Origin: Felis catus
Lineage: Eukaryota
DNA length: 64,000 nt
Assembly: GCF_018350175.1 (NCBI RefSeq)
Contig: NC_058368.1
Span: forward strand, 190,342,001-190,406,000
Reading direction: 5' to 3'
Every line of letters begins with the position of its first letter. The first letter of the stretch is position 1. Of the stretch, positions 38,436-49,225 are shown one piece after another. The translations under genes and the position numbers were made by a program. The notes below the pieces were generated by a model, which saw only the letters and a list, made by a program, of their open reading frames with translations, did not search any database and was not told the DNA's origin.

Positions 38436-38910
38436 GCAGAATGCGATTGTGGTTAAGCACATCAGCAATAGATAGGTAGAATGGGTTCAAATATCAGCTC
38501 TTCCCGCTAGCTTTGTGAGCTCAAGGTAAAATTGCTCAAACTTTGTGAGGCTCAATTTCCTTACCTCTATGTCGAGGGTAATCTACTGCGTAAGATTGTT
38601 CTAAAGATTGAGTGTGACAATGGTTGTAAAGTGCTCAGTGTAGTACCTGACCCACACAAAGCACCCAAATACTGGTTATTATTGTAAGTAGTAACCTTAG
38701 CTCTCTAGTGGTTTAATTTTTGGTAGTTGTTTAGTGATTGGTAGATAATATCTCTTATGCAATTAGTGAGGAAATTAAATATGGTGGGAACAGATGGTAG
38801 CCCTCATTGTGGCCTAAGCAAGTCATACCAGATATTTATTGTATGCCCACATTCCCATCCTGTGCTACCAATGCTGTTTATAACATCACCACCAAGTGCA
38901 CATTCACTGT
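38436..38910 (+). repeat. 475-bp local duplication, copy 2 (HAVCR2 intron 3; starts in a MIR)
   Basis: Gap-free match to 32519-32993. Confidence 0.95.
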
Positions 38911-39911
38911 ATACCCACATACCTTCCTCACGAGGCAGTATATTTCCTCAGAGTTGTCTATATCCTAAACAAGTCTTTTTCTCTTTAGTTTTTACTTGTT
39001 AGTTCCTTCCCTTTAGGGCAACAAAGATGGGGGCATTTCTTGCATTGGGAATATAGGCACAGTACCTACAACCTCTTTAGTGTGGAATGTGGGTACATTT
39101 CATATGTTTGCTATAAAAGTGGAATGGAACCTTAACAAGTAAGAATTCAAGAATCATGGAACCTATCTTGAACACAAAACAATGTAATGTCTCTTCCACC
39201 TGAAGGATGCAGGACAGGGTCACAGTGAATCCTCAGCTCTGGAGATAGACTTGGCCTAAATCTCAGGTTTGTCAATGAATAGTTGTGCGATTTTAGGCAA
39301 AGTACCTCTCTGAGAATCAGGTTTTTCATCTGAAGAATGGAAAAATAATAGTACCTACTTATTGTGGTGAAGATTAAAAGCTGTTGGGCAAATAAAGTAC
39401 TAAGCACCATGTCTGGCATATAATATGTACTAGATGGTAACTACAAATTCATAAACTTTTAAGACTCTCACGTGCCACCCTGTTGCTACCTTCACTCCAG
39501 CCAAGTCTTGGGTTCTTTGGGAAAATCAAAGCAACTTTTTCCAACTGTCCCACTCACTTGGTTGATGGTTATCTATGTGAAAATAATCTGTGACAATCTA
39601 TAAAATGGAGTGCTGTTGGGTCATTTTCACTGTAAATCGAAATTTAAAAAAAAAGAGAAGTCAGTCTTATCATTTAGGCCAAGAAAAATAATTACAGGGA
39701 AGCAGAAACTGGATTTACATTAGAAAATCTTGTGTGTGGTTAAGATTCATGTTTACTTAGTAGTTCCACCAATGTGGTTTTTATTCTTTAAATTCCTTTT
39801 TGGGTAATAAGAGCAAAGGTAAGTGGAAGACAATCTCTTTTACTTCCTCTTTTTTAAAAATAATTTTAGGCTGAGAATAGTAAAATGTTAATATTAAAAT
39901 CATGGTGTGTT

Positions 39912-40120
39912 GGGATGCCTGGGTGGCTCAGTTGGTTAACCGTCTGACTTCGGCTCAGGCTTGAGTCTTGCATCAGGCTCTGTGCTGACAGCTCAGAGCT
40001 TGGAGCCTGCTTTGGATTCTGTGTCTCCCTGTCTCTCTCTGCCCCTCCCCTGTTCATGTCCTGTCTCTCTTTGTCTCTCAAAAAATAAAACAAAATGTTA
40101 AAAAAAGAAATTAAAAAAAA
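39912..40120 (+). mobile_element. CAN-SINE with internal deletion
   Basis: gggatgcctgggtggctcag start; TSD aaaatcat(g/t)gt. Confidence 0.88.
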
Positions 40121-41190
40121 AATCATTGTTAAAGCAGGAGTCCTGCCTTAAAGGATTTAGATTTTTAGGCTTCCAGAAAGTGGCCATGACATTTAAGAAG
40201 TTTCAGAGCCTCTGACTCAGCCAGATAAATGAGTAGGCATCCTTAATTTTCCCAAAGCTAACCATCTATTGATTTTTAGAAAGCAGCATCTGTGAGGTCA
40301 GGGCTTGTGCCCATGCTGTTCGCGGCTGTATACCCTGGGCCTGGCACAGAGAAGGGGTGTAGTACATGTTCATCAAATGGATAAGCAGGTAAAGAAATGA
40401 ATGAGTAAAAAGGAAAGAAGGTGAGATGGCACCTGGGCAATGTGACCACTTGGTAGTGACAATGCAAAAGTAAAGGTTGTTGAAAGGGACATCGTTCAGA
40501 GTGTCTTGTTTAAAGCCATGCAGACCTAAATCGAAAGGCCATTTCTGTTATTCACTAATCTCTGTGACCCTGGGTAAGTCCCCTAACTTCCTAATTCTCA
40601 GCTTCTTCATCTGCGAAATGGGGCTAATAGTCTCTACTTTAGGATAGTTGTTTTGAATGCTAAATGAGATACTTCGTTCAAAGAATTTAGCACCATGTCA
40701 GCTCATGGTAAATTATAGCTATAGTTATTATTACTTTCATTTTTAGGCAATGAAATACCCCGTCTCCCTCTTAATGAGTAAATGTTAAACTTTTTTAAGA
40801 AAATTAACTTTTGTTATCTTTCAAAGTCTCATTACAATATAATGCCTGGTTGAGTGTTATCAATGTTGTTGGCAATTTGCTGCCCTCTTTGGGGTGCTGT
40901 GGACACAACAAACCACTATTCAACAGAGGTTTTCCTGGCAGAGGTCTCCAGTTCATAGAACATAAGTAGTCAGGTTCGTTATCTGGATAAAAAAAAATGG
41001 TCATCCGTATCAAATCGTTGATTTGTAAGTGTTTAGAAAATTTTGTTGGTCTCACAATTACTTATTGTGAAGAGTATAAAGTAGGATTAATTTCAAATAT
41101 GATTCTAGGCATCTTTAAGAGTTTTTAAAACTCAGATAAAAGAAAACGTTCTTGACTATTCTATCAGCTGTTTTTTTCTCTTTATGGCAG

Positions 41191-41231
41191 AGACACGGAC
41201 ACTGGAAGCCCTCCATGATAAAAATCAAACT
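41191..41231 (+). CDS. HAVCR2: HAVCR2 exon 4: ETRTLEALHDKNQT
   Basis: Matches human ETQTLGSLPDINLT; acceptor tttatggcag, donor T|GTAAGT; 41 nt; N-glycosylation sequon NQT. Confidence 0.9.
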
Positions 41232-41812
41232 GTAAGTGACATGGACATGTGTGTGCGTGCATGCATGTGTGTGTGGGTGCGCGCGTGCTAACCTCATATT
41301 CAACTCAGAGGAAAGAAAGTTTGGCTTTAGTCTTCATTCTTGTTTGCTCCTCGCCTTTGGAGAAAACATGCCTCACTCTCCATTAGCCTCAGAGCCCTCC
41401 GCTGTAACATGTTGATGAGGGCCACTTCTAGCCATCTAAGGACAGAATGAGGGGGTAAGTGTAAAGTGCCTAGCACATAGTAAGTGCTGGAAAACAAAAA
41501 CACAAAACCACTAGCTTCTTGTTTCTCTACTCATATTTCACAACTGCGAACCGCTGTGGAGGGTTCAAAGACCCTCCATATCCCTGGAATATATTTCTTC
41601 TCGCTTGCATGGTAACCCTGATGAGAAAGATTGTGTAAATTTATTTATGTCTGACAAGACACTAGTCAGGAGTATTTGAAGTCAACAATGTATATATCGA
41701 AGTATAAACAAATCAATATTTTAATTAACCACAATTTTAGTGTCCCCCACTTTCTCAGAGCAAAAGGGAATCCCCTAGATATCAAGCTTATAGTAGTGAC
41801 TTAAAAATTCTC

Positions 41813-42040
41813 GGGGTGCCTGGGTGGCGCAGTCAGTTAAGCGTCCGACTTCAGCCAGGTCACGATCTCACGGTCCGTGAGTTCGAGCCCCGCGTCGGGC
41901 TCTGGGCTGATGGCTCGGAGCCTGGAGCCTGTTTCCGATTCTGTGTCTCCCTCTCTCTCTGCCCCTCCCTCGTTCATGCTCTGTCTCTCTCTGTCCCAAA
42001 AATAAATTAAAAAAAAAACGTGGAAAAAAAAATTAAAAAA
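41813..42040 (+). mobile_element. Young feline CAN-SINE (intron 4)
   Basis: Full body, CpG-rich; TSD aaaaattct. Confidence 0.94.
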
Positions 42041-42947
42041 AAATTCTTTGAGGATGTATACAGGAGTCTGCATTCATTTGATGAAGTCCCCTACTTGTGT
42101 GTTCACAACCAAGGCTCAGCACTTTGTGTTTGTCCCTGCCCATCTTTGTGACCAAAGACTGACTCTAAGTACCTCTGTATATCCATAGTATTTAATGCAC
42201 AGTACCTTGCATATAGCACTCCTGTAGTAAAAGTTGATTGAATAAGTGGAAAATTTAATTTCTTTGACTTCTTTGTTTTAAAATTATTTATCATTGTTGC
42301 TTTTAAAGGGAGAATATGGACTAAAATTTTGAAAGCAGAAGAATGTTATGGCTTTCAGTTAAAAAATAAAATTAATAAAACTAATTAGAGAAATAGCCAC
42401 AATACATATCACCACGTAAGCAATGATTGCATTTACTGCATACAAGGCCCTGTGCTAGGCATTTTGTATTTCTTGTTACTTCATTTTCCTAAGAACTCTC
42501 CAAGATGATGGCAGAGCTGGGATTTGAACCCAGGACTGTCTGGCTGCAAAGGCCTGGCCCTTGAATCAGTTTTTCTGTGAAGGTGGGGGCTTCTCTGCAA
42601 GACACCAAGTTTAAACCACTCTGAAACTCCCTGGAACACCAGGGGACCTTGGATGAACAGGGTTCCACCCTAAAACCTATTTATGTTTGTGGGGGAGGGG
42701 AGTCCATTTATTAAGAGTTCCTTGTCCCCCCCCACCCACATTGTAGAAGCAGCACATTTTATTCCCTTGCTAAGTTTAAGGATTATGCTGATCCCGTTCT
42801 TTGGGTGGTTTGAGGCTTGTCTAGAAGGAGATAGATCATGCACGGTCTCAAGGTCCCTGCACTCCTCTGGTGCCATACGTCACGAGACTAGCTGAGCACA
42901 CAACTGATTTCTGCCCATCTGCTGCAATTCTGTTTGTGTTTCCATAG

Positions 42948-43074
42948 CAAATGCCCACATTGGCTAACGCACTACAAGACTCTGCTGTGACCACCAGAAT
43001 AGGCATCTACATTGGAGTGGGGATCTCTGCTGGGCTGACTCTCATTCTTATCATTGCTGCTTTAATTCTCACAT
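42948..43074 (+). CDS. HAVCR2: HAVCR2 exon 5: stalk plus transmembrane helix (QMPTLANALQDSAVTTRIGIYIGVGISAGLTLILIIAALILT)
   Basis: Matches human RIGIYIGAGICAGLALALIFGALIF; acceptor tttccatag, donor T|GTAAGT; 127 nt. Confidence 0.95.
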
Positions 43075-43483
43075 GTAAGTTGGTTGATGTTGCAACTCTC
43101 TCCCTCTGATAAGGAACTGTTAAAATAGGAACCAACACAAACCTAGATACAAATGTAAGTTTGTATTTATACCTGAAGGCGATTAAACTGAGTACCCTGT
43201 GGTCCTTCCAAACCTAACAATAATAATAGCTAATTTTTATGCAATGCTTTACCATGTAATATGCAGGCCTGGTGCTAAACGTTTTACGTACATTTTATCG
43301 TCACCATCTCATGTGGTAGGTAGTATTTATCACCGTTTTATAGTGCAAGAAACTATAGCTACTAGAAAGTGAGCCTCTTTCCCAAGGTTTCAGAATCCAT
43401 AAGAGGCAAAGCTGGAATTGAAATTCAAGCAGACTGATTCTAGCACCTGTTCTCTTACCTTTCATTAAGAAAATAAACTTCTT

Positions 43484-43709
43484 GGGGCGCCTGGGTGGCG
43501 CAGTCGGTTAAGCGTCCGACTTCAGCCAGGTCACGATCTCGCGGTCCGTGAGTTCGAGCCCCGCGTCAGGCTCTGGGCTGATGGCTCAGAGCCTGGAGCC
43601 TGTTTCCGATTCTGTGTCTCCCTCTCTCTCTGGCCCTCCCCCGTTCATGCTCTGTCTCTCTCTGTCCCAAAAATAAGTAAACGTTGAAAAAAAATTAAAA
43701 AAAAAAAAA
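43484..43709 (+). mobile_element. Young feline CAN-SINE (intron 5)
   Basis: TSD aagaaaataaacttctt on both sides. Confidence 0.95.
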
Positions 43710-44203
43710 AAGAAAATAAACTTCTTTAATTCATGAATTAAGTTTATTAGGAAGTGCGACAACAGAAAGTAATTTCTTTCTGTGCGTTTTTCTATCTTAT
43801 TTGTTTCTCAGGCACAGGTCTTTAGAGAGAGGGCTGGCAAGTCCTTTTACCAATGGGTCATGGCCAGGATTGCAGCATTTGTATTTTGCTCTATCATGAC
43901 ACTCAGCACACACATTGTTTTCTAAGTTATTTTTATTAAAAAAATCTTTTTGAAGTATGATTCATATATAATAGCTGCATATTTGAAGTACATTCAACTT
44001 GATGAGTTTCAGTAGATGATTATGCATGGGAAACCATCACTATAATCAAGACCCAAACATCGTCATCACCCCAAAAGCTTTGCACACTTTTATACTTGTG
44101 ATATATTCTCTTCTCTTTGAGGACAGAGGCCAAGACCTTATACCCCAGGGCTTAGTACATTCTAGCAACCCTTCCTACTAATACTTAAAACATGGACTGC
44201 ATA

Positions 44204-44317
44204 TAGGGTGACCAACCACCCCAGATTTTCCCAGGACTGAAGGGGCCTTAGGATGTGATCCTGCCAATGCTAAAACTGGGACAGTCCAGGGAAAACCAGG
44301 ATGAATTGGTCACCCTA
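44204..44317. mobile_element. MER94-like hAT MITE
   Basis: Terminal inverted repeats tagggtgaccaa / ttggtcacccta. Confidence 0.75.
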
Positions 44318-44999
44318 ATTGTGCGACTTAAAGCTGCTGAGTGCTTTATGGGCATTAAATCTTCATGATTACCTTAATGAGAAAGATACTAATATTATTC
44401 TAATTTACCAAATAGAGAATAAACATGCTGGCCAGAGCCACACAGTTATTAGATACAGAATTTGAAAGCAGGACTCTCTGATTCCTTACCATTATGCTAT
44501 CCTCGGTAAATGGATTGTTCACGGAAAGAAACTACCCCAGCCACACTTACCTGGGTTTGCACAGAGGCAGTAGTGGAGTTTGTGAATTGATCACATGAAT
44601 GCAAAGTCTACAGGTTGAAAAAGAGCAATGCTAGTACTCACTAGCCTTTCAAGTTCTGCCATGCCATTTCAGCTGGTGCAAAGAGGCTTGAAGTGAAGAT
44701 AATGAATGGGAGAAGTTTGACACTTTATACACACATATGTATTACTCCAAAAACATGGCTACTTCGAAGGACAGATAGGAAAGTCCTGTTTGATTTGTGG
44801 TCTACAGGTTGCTAGACAAAATCTTATGACCAAGGTGACAGGTTTTTAAGTCATGACATCAAAGCCATAAATTGGTAGCAATACAACCAGCAATCCCGTA
44901 TCTTTCTAGGGCACTCTCTGAGATGAGCGAGCATACCTCAGTACCACTCAAACCCCTCTCATTTCTCACTCAACTGATGAAGTATAAAAGACCTGTTCC

Positions 45000-46435
45000 A
45001 TCTCCTTAGACTTAGCTAAGACTTAATTCTCCTTTTACCCCTTTCTCTAGAATTATCTACCTCTCCCTTTCAATTCATTCTATTCTCATCAGCATAAAAA
45101 TATGTTCTAACTCACAAATTCCTCTTTAGCTACTCCCACTTCTGTTTTCACAGCCATATTTCTCAGATGAATTTTTCCTACTTTGTACCTCCTGAACTCT
45201 TCAGCCCATCATCTAGCTTCCATCCCTTAAGCACCATGGAGATAGTTTTAGTCAAGCTCACTGACAACCTCCATTTTGCTAAATCCAATAGACACTTCTG
45301 TCTTCATTGTAGTCAATCTTTCGGCAATATTTAATCATATTAACTCTCACTCATTCTAGATAGTATTCCTTCTCTTGGCTTCTAAAACACCACTCTCCTA
45401 CTTCATTGGCCATCCATTTTCAGTCATTTTTGTTATTTCCTCTTCTGCTTGACCTTTAGATATTCCTATTCCTCAGGGCTGGCCCTTTCCCTTTCTCCAT
45501 ACCCTCTAGGTGATGGTGTCTATTTCCATAGGTTTAAATGTCATCTTTAATTCCCCCCTCCAACTCTGAATGTTTGTCCTGTTGATACCGCCACTTAGAT
45601 GCCTTCCACATTTAACATGTCCCAAATGGAGGTCTAGAGTCTATATTCCACCTTCCCAGAACACAGCCTCTGCCTCTCTGGTCTTTCTCATTATAACGTT
45701 TCACTACCATCCATCTGGTTGTTTAAGCCAGAATGCCGTAGGCCATCCTAGAATCCTGTTTCCTCCTAACATAAAATCCAATTTTAATTCCTTCAGACTT
45801 TCTCCAAAATATATGTAAAATACATTCATTATTCTGAATCTCTTTTGATCACCACCTTACTGTGATGTGAGGCATCATGATCTCTACTTAACTTCATTTT
45901 TTAAATACCTGCTTTTAATCTATTCCCCACATAGGAGTTAGAGTGATCTTCTTAAAACCCAGTCAGCTCATATTTCTGTCCTCCAATGATTTCTTATAGG
46001 AATAAGAGTAAGATTCTTATTTTATAGAATAATATCCAAAATCTAGATTATGACTTAAAAGGCCTTAGAGGAGCTATCCCAGCCTACCTCTCAGAACTTA
46101 TCTTGGGCTACTTTCTTATTTCAGCCATATTTTCAGTTTCAGGAAGCCATACTCATCATTACCAGGGATTCTCTTTGCCTGAATTCTTCCCCTGCTTGTT
46201 CACTTGGCTGACTCATTTTCTTTATTTTCAGAACTGAGCTTAAAGGTTACCCCTCCTGAGAGTTTTTTCCTGACCTTCTCAGTCATCTGTTACAGTGCAT
46301 TGTTGGTTCCACAATTAGAAATTATTATTTTCAATGCCCCCCCCTCACTAGAACACAAGCTTTCAGAAGTCAGGGCTCACAATTCACCTTTGCATTCCCA
46401 GTGCCTACCAGATGCTCCATGTATTTCCTGAATGT
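45000..46435 (+). mobile_element. L2 remnant (intron 5)
   Basis: L2-like phrases (ctccattttgctaaatccaatagacac, ttaacatgtcccaaa, ccagtgcct...tgaatg); boundaries approximate. Confidence 0.6.
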
Positions 46436-46633
46436 GAAAAATGTATCTTTATTGCTTTCTAGAAGAGTCCATGTAACAGTCCAAGACACACATTGATAGT
46501 TTGATTTAATTCAGTCCAAGGGGAGACCAGATTTTCTTAAACAATCCTTGCCTTCAGTGAGTTCATTTTATTTTCTAACTCATTTGTTTTATGAGAGCAG
46601 TTTTAATGGACTTTTCTTCCACATTTTACCTAG

Positions 46634-46670
46634 GGTATTCTTATAGCAAAGAGAAGTTACAGAATTCAAG
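46634..46670 (+). CDS. HAVCR2: HAVCR2 exon 6: WYSYSKEKLQNS
   Basis: Matches human WYSHSKEKIQNL; acceptor ttacctag, donor AG|GTAAGA; 37 nt. Confidence 0.94.
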
Positions 46671-46920
46671 GTAAGAGTAATGGGTAGGGTAGGGGAAGGT
46701 GGGAATCTTGGAGGCCCCTATTCTAATATGGCTTTGCTCTTAGAAGCCTGGCCCTGGGATTTAAACTTGTACTTCCTTCTTACCTTAGATGTATGTAATG
46801 CCAATTAAACACACTGCTCTGTTTTACTTACTGATTTCTCTAGCTTCATTGACTAAAGTTAAGGTATAGAATTCATCTCCCTATTGATAGGAAATGCTTA
46901 TTTGTATATTAATGGTTCTT

Positions 46921-46922
<2 letters not shown>

Positions 46923-46961
<39 letters not shown>
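46923..46961. repeat. Poly(T)39
   Basis: Directly visible. Confidence 0.95.
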
Positions 46962-48551
46962 CAATGAACTGACCCTTCTAGTGATTGATCTACATCCAGG
47001 CTCTGGGTTGAGCTTTGGGTTACAAAAGTGAGCAAGAAACCCAGACTCTACTTTCAGGGCTTTTATAGCTCAGCCCAGGCGTTCTTAACTTGGGTTGCCT
47101 ACTAGAATCACCTAGGGCACTTGAACATACTGTTGCCAACCCCAGAGCAAATACATTAGCATCTTTGAGGATGAGACCTAAGTATAGGTGTTTTTCTGAA
47201 AGTTTTCCAGGTGATTCTAATATGCAAACAGGGTTGAGATCTACTGGTCTATTATACTGCAGTCTCGGTATCTGTTTTTGACTGTATACATATGCGTACA
47301 TATACACACATGCACACCTCCCCATTCCAAATATATGAAGCTTATATAGCGTGTACTAGAATTTAGTGATATTTGGCACATGGGTAGAATGCAATACATT
47401 TCAAGAAAAAAAATGACTCATCCCTTTGAATTATATCTAAACCATGAGTGATTTTAGGTAAATATAGATAGTGTATCAATTAAGACAAAATACTCTGCAG
47501 TAAAAAAGAGCCAAATAAAGCCAAATAAAACAATTTAATTATCAATGGCTTTTGATCATCTGTGCCAGGATCTGTTATTAGAACTGAAACTTGAAATGTG
47601 ATATTACCCATGGGTGATATTTACATGCATTAATTCATTATTTGGTGAAATTAGTTGGTTAATGTTCATCCCTACTTATAAAGGTAAGCTCTGTAGAACG
47701 TTAGGAAGTTGTTGCCACATTAACAACTATATACCCTGATACAGTATGTGATGCTTAGTAGACACCTACACATCTGATGATTGAATGAATAAATGTTCCT
47801 TACAGCAGCCCTGTAAAATAGAATGTTCATTATTCCCATTTTACAGATGAGGACCCTGAGACACAAAGTTTGCTAATACACAGCCTTTATGGGATTTTTG
47901 TGTATTGTCTACTGCTGCATTTCTTGCTTCATAGCACAGTGTGTACACACTAAAAATTTCTTGACTGAGTAAATGAAAACAAACAAACAAACAAAAACCC
48001 AACCACTCGATTTATCCAAGGTCATATGGCTGGTAAGTGACAGACAGAATTCAAACTCAAGTCTGATTGGATCCATAAAATATTTCCTTTTTTTTTTTTT
48101 CTTTTTGAAACTGTTCAAGTCCACAGAAGAATTGAAGTTATAGTACAACAACAACAAAACGCTTCAACCAAACTCATGGTTTGAGATTTGGACCTGCTTG
48201 CTTTGTTTGTTTCTCTATTTACAGAGAACGTTTCTTCTGAACTATTTGTAAGGACATTTCAGACATCTTCCCCCTTCACCTAAACACTTCAGTCTGTACC
48301 TCCTTCCAACGCGATGCCATTTTTATACTTAGGAAAATTAAGATTAATTCAAAGGAATTCAAATTTCCTCAACTGTTCCACAAATTGTTTTACTGCTATT
48401 TTATGGCTTTTTTTTTTTTTTCCTAGTTAGGACCTGATCAAGGATCATGTACTATATTTGGTTGTTGTCTCTTCAGCAAAGCCTCTTATCTTAACTCTAT
48501 TCTGTGCTGCCCAGGAAATGCTTAACTCAATTGTAACATTTATTTCCACAG

Positions 48552-48711
48552 CCTGGTCACTTTGGCCAATGTCGCTCCCTCAGGGTTAGCAAATACAGTA
48601 GCAGAAGGAATGCACTCGGAGGAAAACATCTATATCATTGAGGAGAACATATATGAAATGGAAGATCCGTATGAATACTACTGCTATGTCAGCAGCGAGC
48701 AACTATCCTGA
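48552..48711 (+). CDS. HAVCR2: HAVCR2 exon 7: cytoplasmic tail SLVTLANVAPSGLANTVAEGMHSEENIYIIEENIYEMEDPYEYYCYVSSEQLS*
   Basis: Conserved SEENIY..EEN.YE tyrosine motifs; acceptor tttccacag; TGA 48709-48711; total CDS 843 nt = 280 aa. Confidence 0.96.
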
Positions 48712-49009
48712 CAACCCAGAGGTCTAACCCTTTAACCCTGCCAGATCCCACTACTTCATTTTTGAGCATGGTATCATTGTGAAAACTATGAAATGTGTCA
48801 GCTGATTGGTTTTAGAGGCCCTGTCCATGGCCACCAAGCAGAGTTTTTACATTTCGGGAGATAATTAGCTCACATAGGGATGGAACTGTGTCCTACACTG
48901 TATTTAGGTACAACATCACCTCTGTATTTCAGCCAGTGGGGCTACCCAATTCAGAGCATGCTAATTGGGGCATTAGAGTTCAAATGGGCTTTTATATAGA
49001 GTAGGAATT

Positions 49010-49225
49010 TTTTTTTTTAATGTTTATTCACTTTTGAGAGAGAGACAGAGACAGAGACAGAGGACAAATGGGGGAGGGGCAGAGAGATTGAGAGACACAG
49101 GATCTGAAATAGGCTCCAGACTGTAAGCTGTCAGCACACAGCCCGATGAGGTGTTCAAGCCCACAGACTGTGAGATCATGACCTGAGCCAAATTTGGATG
49201 CTTAACTGAGCTACCCACGCACCCC
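49010..49225 (-). mobile_element. CAN-SINE ~300 nt after the HAVCR2 stop (probably in the 3'UTR)
   Basis: Antisense body; TSD taggaatt. Confidence 0.88.

Noticed and set aside
41181..41195. Exon-4 acceptor giving an exon 3 nt shorter than human as a felid-specific lesion
   Set aside because: Frame is preserved, and the resulting GS-ET junction matches mouse Tim-3 as recalled
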